A DNA stretch of 62,937 bases, the filler included. It is 8 parts of 8 records of this genome, joined end to end, with 100 filler letters (N's around TTAATTAATTAA, not from the genome) between each part and the next. Parts side by side here need not be neighbours in the genome. Positions count along the whole stretch, not along the records: positions 1 to 7,641 come from SRR31156797_20324; positions 7,742 to 14,202 come from SRR31156797_20333; 6 more parts are not named here. One strand, given 5' to 3'. The translations under genes were made by a program, and so were the position numbers. Within the stretch, counting starts at the first letter, position 1; each line of letters begins with the position of its first letter. Shown one piece after another: positions 1 to 9,594 of the stretch. The notes below the pieces were generated by a model. It saw only the letters and a list, made by a program, of their open reading frames with translations. It was not told where the DNA came from and did no database searches.

Positions 1-274
1 AGCAGCAGGAAAATCAGGATAGGTGCGATGGGCTTCTGCATTGTGTATTATAAAATACAGTCTATGATTGACAAATGCAATGCTTGCTTTATTGCATACC
101 TGACAGCAAGTTACACCTATAAGATCTCCCGCAGCAAGCTTCTGGAAATGACCCGTCATCAGTCCCTCCATATGACAGGCTCCTATATGGACGTCATGCG
201 CTATGGGATATTCCCAGGAATTCTAAACAGGATCGTTCTTGCTTGAAGATCTCAGAATAGGTTCGTCATGAGTA

Positions 275-904
275 TCATCGCTTCTTCGAGTAGCCCTGCT
301 CCAGAAACCAGTTATGTGCGTCTGCAAGCCAGGGATGTACAACCTTCAGGTCGCCTTTGTTCTCTATCAGATAGTTCACGAAGTTGAATGTGCCCTGCTC
401 TAAGGACACTTCCAAACCCTTGAGTACGGTATCAAGATAGGGCGGCTCTCCAGCCTGGTCCCAGCTTATTTTATCCGCTAGAAAAACGGCCATATCTGTC
501 TTTGAAGGATTCTCTTTTAAGGTCGTATGACATCCGATAGCCGAATTGATCTCATTGTCCTGAATACCGAAGACCTTTCTCGATATGGCCTCGGATAATT
601 TCTGGTGTATGATCATGGGAAGAGCTCTCTCTTCACTGAACAGAGCAATGCCATGGGACTCGGCAACGGCAACCCGTTCTTCATTCGGTATAACGACACT
701 GACGTCATGCAGCATACTTGCGATCATGGACGCCTCTGCATCGCCATCAAATCTGAGTGCGAGTTCCTTTGCCTTTGACGCGACGGCCTTCACATGTTGA
801 ACGGTCTCATCCTTACCATAATGACTAAGGATTCTTATTGAATTTTCAGAATATGATTGGGAACCGGAATACAGGCCTCCAATATTTTTGAAATACTTTT
901 CCAT
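275..904 (-). CDS. yqeK: HD-domain phosphohydrolase, YqeK-like (symmetrical Ap4A hydrolase family)
   Basis: H...HD...H...HTT...D pattern (QHVKAV, MLHDVS, IIHQKLS, GCHTT, LADKI) typical of YqeK. Confidence 0.8.
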   Translation of the reverse strand: MEKYFKNIGGLYSGSQSYSENSIRILSHYGKDETVQHVKAVASKAKELALRFDGDAEASMIASMLHDVSVVIPNEERVAVAESHGIALFSEERALPMIIHQKLSEAISRKVFGIQDNEINSAIGCHTTLKENPSKTDMAVFLADKISWDQAGEPPYLDTVLKGLEVSLEQGTFNFVNYLIENKGDLKVVHPWLADAHNWFLEQGYSKKR

Positions 905-931
905 ATACTCAATCTCTCCACAAACGAGTAA

Positions 932-1140
932 TCATACTCTGATTATTCCTGAACTATAAAATCTCCCCCGGAATTCCGTAAGGGCTCTCATCTGTTCGTC
1001 AGAATAGAATATGCCTTCAGAAACGGCAAGCAGTTTATCGTCTTCATCATCAGCCCTCTGCATAATGGCTATGCCTGTACCCGCAAAGCTCTCGACCGGC
1101 TCATGGACACCCAAAACACAGGCATCGATTTCCTCTCCTT
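932..1140 (-). pseudogene. 5'-truncated inorganic pyrophosphatase-like gene
   Basis: Frame reads GEEIDACVLGVHEPVESF...IAIMQRADDEDDKLL, the C-terminal half of small family I PPase-like proteins. No N-terminal half is present upstream. Confidence 0.6.
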
Positions 1141-1152
1141 GTTTTGAATCTT

Positions 1153-1254
1153 TCTTCAGTCTCAGCCAGTGGAATGAACGGCCTGATAGCCAGGCCCCGG
1201 AGCCGCAGTAAAGGAGCCTGTCCCGGATCGGGACAGACCCCGTTAGACTGAAGA
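1153..1254. repeat. 102-bp element with 10-bp terminal inverted repeats and an internal hairpin
   Basis: TCTTCAGTCT (1153-1162) and AGACTGAAGA (1245-1254); internal CTGTCCCG-GAT-CGGGACAG hairpin. Confidence 0.4.
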
Positions 1255-1271
1255 CTCCCGGGAAAAGAGAC

Positions 1272-2873
1272 CTATTGTGCTCTTTTCAGGTTGTCTATCT
1301 CAAATATCATGGGCGTATCCGTAAAACTATAGTCCCGAATCCTCTCCTTATTAAAGAGCACCGGTTCTCTCAGATAGCGGATGGGGAGATCGATAACATG
1401 ATCATTATTGAAGCTTAAGAGGAAACTGAAGATCTCCCGAACCCTCTCTTTATCATCAATGGTCTGCATCTCCAGAACCGAATCAACGAACTCTGCAGAA
1501 TCCTCGATGGCGGCAATCGACGGAGTGTGGGGGGAGGAGGTTGGAATATTCTTGAAATATTTCTGGGGCAGTGTGTTCTGCTCCGTCTCCCAGAGTATCA
1601 TCCCATAGTTGCCGCTAACGCCTTCCTTCCACCAGGTCATCATATCCTGACCCTCCGTACAGGCATCGATTCCGACCTGAGCCAGGTGGCTTTTTATTGT
1701 GGTCACGACCATTTTATTCATGGTTTCCCCGGAGTTGTAAGTGAACTTGAACCGTAGCGGCGTTCCATCCTTTTCACGGATGCCGGTCGCTTCATTAAGT
1801 CGCCAGCCCGCCTCTTCCAGGAGACGCGCACTTTCCTCCGGATCATAGCGCCGAATGGTACCCAGCTCCACATCGGTGAACCAGTTTCCCCGGGGGTAGA
1901 GGGTATCGGCAGGGGTTTCATGTCCGAGAGTCAGTCCTTGACACAGACCGGCCTTATCGATCCCATGGGCGATGGCTTCCCTTACCCGGATATCACTCAG
2001 CATAGGATTCGCTGCGTTCAGAACCACTGTAGAAGATCGGGAAACGACCGGCGAGACGAGGCCTTTCACATTGCTGAAGTTTATCGCCTGGTTGTAATCA
2101 TCCCAGGAAACCAATCCGTTTCCATAAATCATATCGATTTCACCGTTTTTAAGAGCCAGGAGACGGGCTGAATTCTCCGGTATGTATTTTACTATGATTT
2201 CATCATAAACCGGTTCTTCCCCCCAGTAGCTTTCATTCTTTACAAATCTCACGTATTCCCCCTCCTTCAGTTCGCTGTAGACATAGGGGCCCGTGCCGAC
2301 GACACCCTTCATGGTCTGGAAATTGCCCTCCTCAATCATCTTCGGAGAAACGCAAACCATGACTTCCCTATAGGTAAATTCCGACAGATAGGCAAAATAC
2401 GGCTGATCGTAATTGAAAGCCACCGTGAACTCATCGATAATATCTACTGACTTCAGCCTATGCACCGAGGTGATGGAACGAAAGTTGGGATTCGCAGACG
2501 CAAATTCAAAATCGGCCTTGACAGCTTCGGCATTGAAGACCGTGCCGTCATGATAGAGAACGTCCTCCCGCAAATGAAAGATCAATCGTTTTCCGTCTTC
2601 CGAGATTTCCCAGCTGGTGGCGAGCCAGGGCTTGATCTCTCCGTCGACATAATCGACCAACTGTTCATAGCATAGTCTTGTCACAATCAGATTCTGACTG
2701 TCCATATTCAAAGGGAAAAGGGTCGTAAGCTCAGCCCCCGTCGCCATGGTCAGAGTATTTAAATCCCGCGTCCGGGCATTCGCTTCTTCAGCGGAGCCCG
2801 CGGCGTAGATTGAGAAGCCGACGGAAAGATAAAAAAGAAAGGATAGCAAAAGGACTTTTAATCTGAAATACAT
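1272..2873 (-). CDS. ABC transporter substrate-binding protein, family 5 (NikA/OppA-like)
   Basis: Signal peptide; LATSWEISEDG, HDGTVFNAEAVK and GTGPY motifs. Confidence 0.9.
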   Translation of the reverse strand: MYFRLKVLLLSFLFYLSVGFSIYAAGSAEEANARTRDLNTLTMATGAELTTLFPLNMDSQNLIVTRLCYEQLVDYVDGEIKPWLATSWEISEDGKRLIFHLREDVLYHDGTVFNAEAVKADFEFASANPNFRSITSVHRLKSVDIIDEFTVAFNYDQPYFAYLSEFTYREVMVCVSPKMIEEGNFQTMKGVVGTGPYVYSELKEGEYVRFVKNESYWGEEPVYDEIIVKYIPENSARLLALKNGEIDMIYGNGLVSWDDYNQAINFSNVKGLVSPVVSRSSTVVLNAANPMLSDIRVREAIAHGIDKAGLCQGLTLGHETPADTLYPRGNWFTDVELGTIRRYDPEESARLLEEAGWRLNEATGIREKDGTPLRFKFTYNSGETMNKMVVTTIKSHLAQVGIDACTEGQDMMTWWKEGVSGNYGMILWETEQNTLPQKYFKNIPTSSPHTPSIAAIEDSAEFVDSVLEMQTIDDKERVREIFSFLLSFNNDHVIDLPIRYLREPVLFNKERIRDYSFTDTPMIFEIDNLKRAQ

Positions 2874-2895
2874 GAAAACTACTCCTTAATGTTTT

Positions 2896-3600
2896 CTAGA
2901 TTGTTTTAACGCCTTGATGGACGATACTCCCGTTTTTAAGAACGATGATCCTGTCGGAAAGCCGATAGGCGCATTTTTTGTCATGGGTAATGAAAAGACA
3001 TCCGCAGCGCTGCCTCTTCTTATACAGCCTCAGTAGATTCATAACCGCATCGGCAGAGATAAAATCCAGTCCGCTCATCACTTCGTCAATGACAAGATAC
3101 CTGGGATTGATAGACAGAGCCCTAAGCAGCGACAGACGTCTCTGTTCACCCCCGGAAAGTTTACGGATGGGCCTTTTCAGCAGCTCAAGCTCCATATTGG
3201 TCTGTTTCATCAATTCATGGATCCTCTCCCGGCGGCAGCATGGATTCAGATCGGTCAGATTGTTCAGAGATTCCGTAATATTGCTGTAGACCGATAGCTT
3301 CGGATTCAGCGTTCCCGATGAATCCTGGAAGACAGCCTGCACCTTCCTTCTGAAATCCAGAACGTCCCGCTTTGTCCTGTACTGAAAGATACACCTGCCG
3401 TCCATCTTCACCGAGCCGCTGCTCGGAGATTCCAGACCGAGAATGATGCGTGCCAGAGTGCTCTTTCCCGAACCGCTTTCGCCCAGTACGGAAACGAACT
3501 CCCCCTCTTCTATTTCCAGATCGATATCGTTTAAGGCCTTGAAACAGCGACCGCCGCTCCTGTATACCTTTGAGAGGTTTTCGACGACTAGGCCTGCCAT
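2896..3600 (-). CDS. ABC ATPase (NikE/OppF-like)
   Basis: Walker A GESGSGKST, LSGGEQRR, VIDE. Confidence 0.9.
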   Translation of the reverse strand: MAGLVVENLSKVYRSGGRCFKALNDIDLEIEEGEFVSVLGESGSGKSTLARIILGLESPSSGSVKMDGRCIFQYRTKRDVLDFRRKVQAVFQDSSGTLNPKLSVYSNITESLNNLTDLNPCCRRERIHELMKQTNMELELLKRPIRKLSGGEQRRLSLLRALSINPRYLVIDEVMSGLDFISADAVMNLLRLYKKRQRCGCLFITHDKKCAYRLSDRIIVLKNGSIVHQGVKTI

Positions 3601-4376
3601 GTGAACCCCTCCGAAGAGCTATCCCGGCTGAGGGAGGCGAAGCTCTCAGTCCATGCATTTCGGGGCTGATCAAGGATGCTTTCCATGGAACTTTGCTCGA
3701 TGATTCGTCCTTCTTCCAGAACGGAAACGACAGGACATAGCGCGCTTAACGCCTTTATATCATGGGAAATGAAAAGCAGTCCCGAAGTCCGACTCATTCC
3801 GGACAGAGCGCTGACCAGGATTTCCGCGTTTTCCTCATCCAGCGCCGATGTCGGTTCGTCCGCCAGGATAAACCGGGGCTTAAGCCCCAGGACAAGGCTG
3901 ACGCACACCCGTTGCAGCATCCCTCCGGAGAGCTGGGACGGATAACTGTTCAGTATCCTGTCCGGATCTTTCATATGAAGCTCGACGAATTTCCGAGCCA
4001 TATAGGCATGGGTTTCACAGCTCTTCATTCCCAAATGCAAGCGCATGGTTTCATGGATCTGTTTCCCTATCTTCATCCGCGGGTCGAAAGCCGTCATGGG
4101 GTTTTGCGGAATATATCCCAGAGTTTTCCCACAGAGCTTTCTCCTCTCCCCGGATTGAAGGGAGTAGAGAGAATGGCCGTCTATAGAGACGGTTCCGCTG
4201 AGGATTACAGAGTTCGAGTCCGGCATCCCCAGAATGGTTTTAAGCAATGTCGATTTACCGGAACCACTTGAACCGGTCAAGCCTGCTCTTTCCCCCACTT
4301 TAAGGGTCAGGGAAATATCGGATAAAAGAACCTTTCCCTTATCGGTTTTTACCACAATCTTATTGACTTTAAGCAC
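3588..4376 (-). CDS. ABC ATPase (NikD/OppD-like)
   Basis: GSSGSGKST, PQNPMTAFDP, LSGGMLQR, ADEPT. GTG start at 4376 follows a GGAGG RBS. Confidence 0.9.
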   Translation of the reverse strand: MLKVNKIVVKTDKGKVLLSDISLTLKVGERAGLTGSSGSGKSTLLKTILGMPDSNSVILSGTVSIDGHSLYSLQSGERRKLCGKTLGYIPQNPMTAFDPRMKIGKQIHETMRLHLGMKSCETHAYMARKFVELHMKDPDRILNSYPSQLSGGMLQRVCVSLVLGLKPRFILADEPTSALDEENAEILVSALSGMSRTSGLLFISHDIKALSALCPVVSVLEEGRIIEQSSMESILDQPRNAWTESFASLSRDSSSEGFTWQA

Positions 4377-5163
4377 GGGAATCCTCCTGATCTTCCAGGG
4401 CGCGGCCCAGAATATTGAATGAAAGAGTGGACGCGATAATGAAGGCAACCGGCCAGACCATTAACCATGGATTCGTCAGCACAAAATCCATAGAATCGGC
4501 GACCATGGTTCCCCAATCTATGACATTATCCCCCAGCCCCAATCCGATGAATGAAAATCCCACAATGGCAAGGATCATATCGGCAGAGGAAAGGCATAAG
4601 AAATTCAGAATATCCTTTGCTACGTTCGGCAGGATATGAAAATACCGGATCCTCACCCTCCCGGCTCCGGATGTAAGGGCGCACATGACATAGGCCTTCC
4701 CGATCTCTATTTCCGCCCTGCTTTTTATCAGCTTCACCAGCCGCAATAACAGAGAAAGGGTAATGGCTGCCAGCATGGTGGAAAAGCCGTTTCCCCAGGC
4801 GGCGATAAATATGATGAGATAGGCGATGGGAGGAATAGCGGTGATGGCGTTGAGCAGACTCTCTGCGAAGATGCTCTGCTTACCCTTCTGCCTGCAGGCG
4901 GACAGTCCGAGCAGGACACCCAGGATCGCGACGCAAAACGCTCCCGAAACAACGATTCCCAGAGTGGCTTTCCCTCCGTACAGGAGCCTCGAAAGCAGAC
5001 AGCGTCCGAGGCTGTCCGTACCCAGAGGATACTCGGGAGAGGCCGGCAGGAAGCGTTGTCTGATATCAACCAGATTCGGATCATGGGGGGCAAGTACAAA
5101 ACCGAAACTGCAGAAAAGAAGGAAAGCGACGGCGGCGAGAGGGAAAACACGTTCTCTCTTCAT
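4369..5163 (-). CDS. ABC permease (NikC/OppC-like)
   Basis: YPLGTDSLGRCLLSRLLYG, EAA-like loop, SFIGLG. ATG at 5163 overlaps the upstream stop; the 452-aa track ORF is over-extended. Confidence 0.9.
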   Translation of the reverse strand: MKRERVFPLAAVAFLLFCSFGFVLAPHDPNLVDIRQRFLPASPEYPLGTDSLGRCLLSRLLYGGKATLGIVVSGAFCVAILGVLLGLSACRQKGKQSIFAESLLNAITAIPPIAYLIIFIAAWGNGFSTMLAAITLSLLLRLVKLIKSRAEIEIGKAYVMCALTSGAGRVRIRYFHILPNVAKDILNFLCLSSADMILAIVGFSFIGLGLGDNVIDWGTMVADSMDFVLTNPWLMVWPVAFIIASTLSFNILGRALEDQEDSRA

Positions 5164-6131
5164 AGCGCAGACCTTCCACCGCTTAGCCCCCGCTGAATAA
5201 TCCTTTGAACGAAGGAGGCTGAGAAGTCCAGAAACACCAGGATGAATGCCAGGACGAGGACCGAAGCGTGGATAACAGGTGAGTCCCTCTGCAGAACGCT
5301 TTTTATAATCAGATCGCCCAGGCCGGGGATGGAGAACACCTTTTCCACAATCACGGCGCCCGCCAGGGTGAGTCCCATCATTTGCGCGAAGCTGGGTATC
5401 AAATCCACAACGGCATGGGGAAGGGCATGCCTTGACAAGATCCGATACTCCGAGAGACCGCGGCATCTGGCGTAAAATGCATAATCGGTTTTCATTTCCC
5501 TCTCCAGTGAGCCGAACAGCATCCTGGAATAAAAGGCGATCCCGCAGACGGAGAGACAGAATGACGCCGGAAAATATCTGAAGAAGCCAGCGTTTCCTGC
5601 GACCTTCATCAAACCGAAATGAGAGGAAAAGAGATTCAGAAACACAACGGCCAGAAAAAAAGGCGGTATGGATATACCCGTAATCGCTCCGACAGTAAGG
5701 ATCTTCCCAGCAATGCCGCCTCTGCATAGGAAATGAAGCGTGCCGAAGATCAATACCCCGACGATCATTATGGCCGAAGCCAGCAGCACGATCCTCACTG
5801 TCACGGCGACAGGATTCTTCATCTCCTCAGCAACGGGATATCCTGTCGCGAGGGATATTCCGAAATCCATTTGAACAGCCTTTCCAAGCCAGTTGAAGTA
5901 CTGAAGCAAGAGAGGTTTATCCAATCCCAGCTTGACTCTCGCGTCATGAATTTGCTCCTCCGTAACGATAGCCGTATGTCGCTTTACATAGGCTGTCGCG
6001 GGATCGATCGGATTCAGCCTCATCAACAGAAAAGACAGAAAGGTAACCAGAAGAATTGTCAATATTACGATTGAACTTTTTCTTATCAGGTATATTACAG
6101 GCCGGCTCTCCAAAGAAAACACCCCTAACAT
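5160..6131 (-). CDS. ABC permease (NikB/OppB-like)
   Basis: LGLDKPLLLQY, DFGIS, ARCRGL, VEKVFSIPGLG, RDSPVI. Start uncertain. Confidence 0.9.
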   Translation of the reverse strand: MLGVFSLESRPVIYLIRKSSIVILTILLVTFLSFLLMRLNPIDPATAYVKRHTAIVTEEQIHDARVKLGLDKPLLLQYFNWLGKAVQMDFGISLATGYPVAEEMKNPVAVTVRIVLLASAIMIVGVLIFGTLHFLCRGGIAGKILTVGAITGISIPPFFLAVVFLNLFSSHFGLMKVAGNAGFFRYFPASFCLSVCGIAFYSRMLFGSLEREMKTDYAFYARCRGLSEYRILSRHALPHAVVDLIPSFAQMMGLTLAGAVIVEKVFSIPGLGDLIIKSVLQRDSPVIHASVLVLAFILVFLDFSASFVQRIIQRGLSGGRSAL

Positions 6132-6202
6132 TGAATTTCATAATTTTGTTAGGCGAGATTAACATAAAGAAAAAAACGCTGATACTCCAGGAAGACATCG
6201 AT

Positions 6203-7378
6203 CTATCCAGAAGGTCTGGAATTTTCTCTGAATGCTGAAGGGGAGTATTTCATTAGCTTCCGGAAAGCCGTTGAGAATTTTGCTGGGTTTTCGTACCCCA
6301 TTGACTCTGCGATTTCACTAATACTGAGATCCGTCTCCCGGAGAAGCTTCGCCGCTTCCTGAAGCCTGTACTCCCTCATATAAGTAGATATGGGTGTCCC
6401 GAAATAGGCCTTGAAACGACTCTTCATGGTTGTCAGCGGGATATTGAATACCTCTGTCAGCGTATCCAAGCTGATATGACTCCCCATATTAGCTGTGAGA
6501 TATTTCTTAATTTCCTTTACCGTTTCAATATGCTTTCCCTTCAGTTCGCTTTTTCTCAATCCCCGCGAGGAAATATCCGTAGCCGAAAGAAAAAGGAACA
6601 GTTCCAATAGCTTGAGCTTAAGAAAATCTTCACGAATATGGCTTGATATCTTGTAGAGTTCTGAAAAGATAGCTTCGACGGCATGGGCAGCCCGGATGAT
6701 AAAAACCCCTCTGTCCACTTGGGTTTTCCGCCGAATCTCATCAAGATCGATAGGGAGCCCACTGAGAGACCTGCTCAATCTCCTTATGACTTTCCCGGCT
6801 ACCGGAAGGTCAATGACAATGGAGATCCCATAGTAACGGGCCAGTGGAAAAAGGGTTTCCGAACGCTTGCATTTATTAGAAATCAGATTAATGGAAAGAT
6901 CCCCGGGGCTCAGCGTAACATATTCCCCGGAATACAATTCGCCCTCAAAGCGGCCCTCCCTGCAGTGATTGATCTCCAGTATATGCGGAACAGGATGTTC
7001 ATTACTGACAAAGGTCTCCCGCATATGAATGTCGTTGTAATACACATCGATACCCGGGTAAACCCGGTAATGGTTGATGACGGCTGTCCCTTCTTCATTC
7101 TTTTTATAAAGAACCGAATTCGTATCGGTATCGGAAAGCACATGAACATCATTTCCATATACTGCTTCTTTTATACGGGATTCCGAAGGATAGGAGGCAT
7201 ATTTTTTCCATTTTTTCGTTCTTTTATCTTCCGGTTTTTCTGCTGTGGCGGGAATAACCCAGGCTCTGCCCAGCTTAGCTGCTCCACTCACCCTTCCCTC
7301 ACTGCACAATCTTTGAATGCGTCTTTCCGATATATCCCATTTGAGCGCGGCATCGCCTATTGTAATGTAGCCGTTCAA
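6203..7378 (-). CDS. AraC-family regulator with an extra N-terminal excisionase-like HTH
   Basis: C-terminal AraC double HTH (RLQEAAKLL...MGYENPAKFSTAFRK); N-terminal KWDISERRIQRLCSEGRV...WVIP; TTG start after AGGAG. Confidence 0.85.
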   Translation of the reverse strand: MNGYITIGDAALKWDISERRIQRLCSEGRVSGAAKLGRAWVIPATAEKPEDKRTKKWKKYASYPSESRIKEAVYGNDVHVLSDTDTNSVLYKKNEEGTAVINHYRVYPGIDVYYNDIHMRETFVSNEHPVPHILEINHCREGRFEGELYSGEYVTLSPGDLSINLISNKCKRSETLFPLARYYGISIVIDLPVAGKVIRRLSRSLSGLPIDLDEIRRKTQVDRGVFIIRAAHAVEAIFSELYKISSHIREDFLKLKLLELFLFLSATDISSRGLRKSELKGKHIETVKEIKKYLTANMGSHISLDTLTEVFNIPLTTMKSRFKAYFGTPISTYMREYRLQEAAKLLRETDLSISEIAESMGYENPAKFSTAFRKLMKYSPSAFRENSRPSG

Positions 7379-7392
7379 TTTGAAGCTCCTGT

Positions 7393-7424
7393 TTCTGTCA
7401 CTCTATACGATATGAGCGACAGAA
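7393..7424. promoter_or_regulatory. Imperfect inverted repeat upstream of the regulator; candidate operator
   Basis: TTCTGTCACTC-N10-GAGCGACAGAA (10/11 match), just upstream of the RBS. Confidence 0.4.
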
Positions 7425-7641
7425 CGCAATCTATAATTTTATTATTTTATGCTATCTACATTAGGTCATACAAACTATATTTTTACATAGAATGCCGGGA
7501 GTCGGGATCAGGGTCCGGGGTCGCTTATTTAGATCAAGTTTTGAAAGAAAGAGATAGAATTGAATCGAGCAATATATTATCCTATCGGCAGCGATTTCAC
7601 ACACAAGGACAGATCATGGGAATATGGGATAAATTCGTCGT

Positions 7642-7741
7642 NNNNNNNNNNNNNNNNNNNNNNNNNNNNNNNNNNNNNNNNNNNNTTAATTAATTAANNN
7701 NNNNNNNNNNNNNNNNNNNNNNNNNNNNNNNNNNNNNNNNN
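7642..7741. other. Artificial contig linker
   Basis: N-run + TTAATTAATTAA (stops in all six frames) + N-run, 100 nt. Confidence 0.98.
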
Positions 7742-7771
7742 GAACCCACGACCTCTTGAATGCCATTCAAG
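7742..7771 (-). tRNA. 3' fragment of tRNA-Ala(GGC); probable duplicated att site
   Basis: Minus strand CTTGA-ATGGCAT-TCAAG-AGGTC-GTGGG-TTC = anticodon arm, variable loop and start of T arm. D arm and 5' acceptor strand are absent although sequence continues there. Confidence 0.75.
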
Positions 7772-8747
7772 ATGCCCTGCGGAAACGCATCAACAATAAC
7801 CGCCTAAAAAGAAAGAGCTTTCGCCCGTCTATTCCGTTTTGTGCATCGTGTGCACGGTGTGCATGGGGTGCCTGTTATCAATGGGTTACGCATGTTGTCG
7901 CTGTTGATTGGGACACAAAAAGGACGCAGAATAAATTTTGAATCCGCATAACCTAGTAGATATAATATTCAGGTTGCTCTTCAATTATGGCTTTTCTCTC
8001 ATACATTTTTAAAGACTAAGTTTGAAGGAGCCGGTGCATCTTTCCTGCATGACTAGGTCCGTGAAGAAATGCGAAACTACCTCGAATCGACAGAACTCCC
8101 ACGCTTCCTGAACACACAAGGGCTGACCCTACTAGCCCAGGCCAGGAAGACATACGCTGAAGCCGGGTTGAATCATCAAAGCATGGTACTCAAAGGAATA
8201 GATACGGCTTTAGTCATTTGGAAAGAGAATCGAATCTGCTTCACAATTTTCCTCATACTGCTTAAGGCTTGCCTCTCTGTTGATATTGCTGGCCCGGTCA
8301 TCACAGTTCATAAAATGTCTCTGGCCGATATGTCAGGAATCATCGACAGCATCCTTGCAAGCCCCCTCTCGCACCGATAGACTTGATCCAAGAACTCGAA
8401 AAGAAAGGCAATAAAAAAGTCGACTACCTCCGTGATGAGGGACTGCTCGACGCCACATGTAGCATTGGTGTGATAAACGTTAATGGCGCAATTAAAGCTC
8501 TAAAGACGATACCCCCCCCACCTCTTTGATAAGTCCCAAGATCAGGGCCATACTAATCACATTGACAGCCGAAATTCTCAACTTACCCATGTACTTTCAT
8601 TGAAAACACATGGGTTTTCTCTTGGGCAACTCAACCTCCCCACTTAATGAACATGAATTGTTTTAAATATATTCAAAGTTATTCTTGATATTGATTTTAA
8701 AATATGTTGACTGTAGCCGTGATCAATTTTTAGTGGAGTACGATTCG

Positions 8748-9227
8748 ATGCAGCAAGAAAAGAAGAAAAAAAGCGACGTAAATAAAGCAGGTTCTGCCTC
8801 ACAGAAAAGAACTGATGACAAACACCGGGAACAATCCCATCTTGATGTGTTACCGCATATTCTTTGGCTACTCTCACAATCCTCCAAACATAAATATTTA
8901 TTCTTGGCCGATTTGGAGTGGTATCTGATGGTGCCGCTTCAGTTGAGACAGTTTCGGATTTTCTACAAAGACAAGGCGCCTATCGGATATGCTTCTTGGG
9001 CATATGTTTCAGACGAAGTCGAAGAGCGCTTGACAGCGGGAGCCAACCGCCTCCGGCCCGAAGACTGGAAGTCGGGCGAGAGGCTCTGGCTTGTAGATTT
9101 ATGCGCACCCTTTGGCGGCGGTGAGAGCATCTTGAAAGAACTTCGAGAGAATGTATTCAAGGATCAAAAGGTCAAGACAGTGCAGATGGCACCGGACGGT
9201 AGCGGCATGGCTGTAGTTGAGTGGTAG
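8748..9227 (+). CDS. hlyC: RTX toxin-activating lysine acyltransferase (HlyC/CyaC family)
   Basis: WLLSQSSKH (catalytic His region), QFRIFY...PIGYASWA, EDWKSGERLWLVDLCAPFG. ATG 8748 follows TGGAG. Confidence 0.9.
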   Translation: MQQEKKKKSDVNKAGSASQKRTDDKHREQSHLDVLPHILWLLSQSSKHKYLFLADLEWYLMVPLQLRQFRIFYKDKAPIGYASWAYVSDEVEERLTAGANRLRPEDWKSGERLWLVDLCAPFGGGESILKELRENVFKDQKVKTVQMAPDGSGMAVVEW

Positions 9228-9258
9228 ACTGCATACCGTCTAACTATAAAGGGAAATT

Positions 9259-9558
9259 ATGCAGAAAATACTCATAAGAAAAATATACTTTGTCTCACTT
9301 TTCAAACTGATGTTTGTCGGATTCGGAGTTATCTTTGTGCCCTTATTCCTTTTTGGCGGACTTGCGGCTTACTTTAATCTGATTACGTGGACGTATAATG
9401 GCGAGCAACTGTACGGATTCTCCATCCTCTTAAATGTGCTTTGCTGCATAGGATTTTTCCCTGTGGGATTCGCTGTCATGTTCGGCGGCGTGGCGTTTTT
9501 AGGCCAATGGGTATTCGGGCTTTTCAGGCCTGTGAGTGTTGAAGTCCTCGCAGACTAA
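9259..9558 (+). CDS. Small two-TM membrane protein
   Basis: AAGGGA RBS; two hydrophobic segments. Confidence 0.7.
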   Translation: MQKILIRKIYFVSLFKLMFVGFGVIFVPLFLFGGLAAYFNLITWTYNGEQLYGFSILLNVLCCIGFFPVGFAVMFGGVAFLGQWVFGLFRPVSVEVLAD

Positions 9559-9594
9559 TAAGACAGTATTTGACTTGTTTATTGCAGGCTGGGA

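Noticed and set aside
28-246. 72-aa ORF at the window start
   Set aside because: No recognisable motif; cannot be supported as a gene.
6683-7693. 336-aa plus-strand ORF
   Set aside because: Antisense shadow of the AraC gene that runs into the N linker.
7686-7697. TTAATTAATTAA palindrome recurring seven times
   Set aside because: Synthetic linker inside N runs, not biological.
8069-8380. 103-aa ORF inside the island end
   Set aside because: No motif or clear RBS; possibly a relic, but unsupported.
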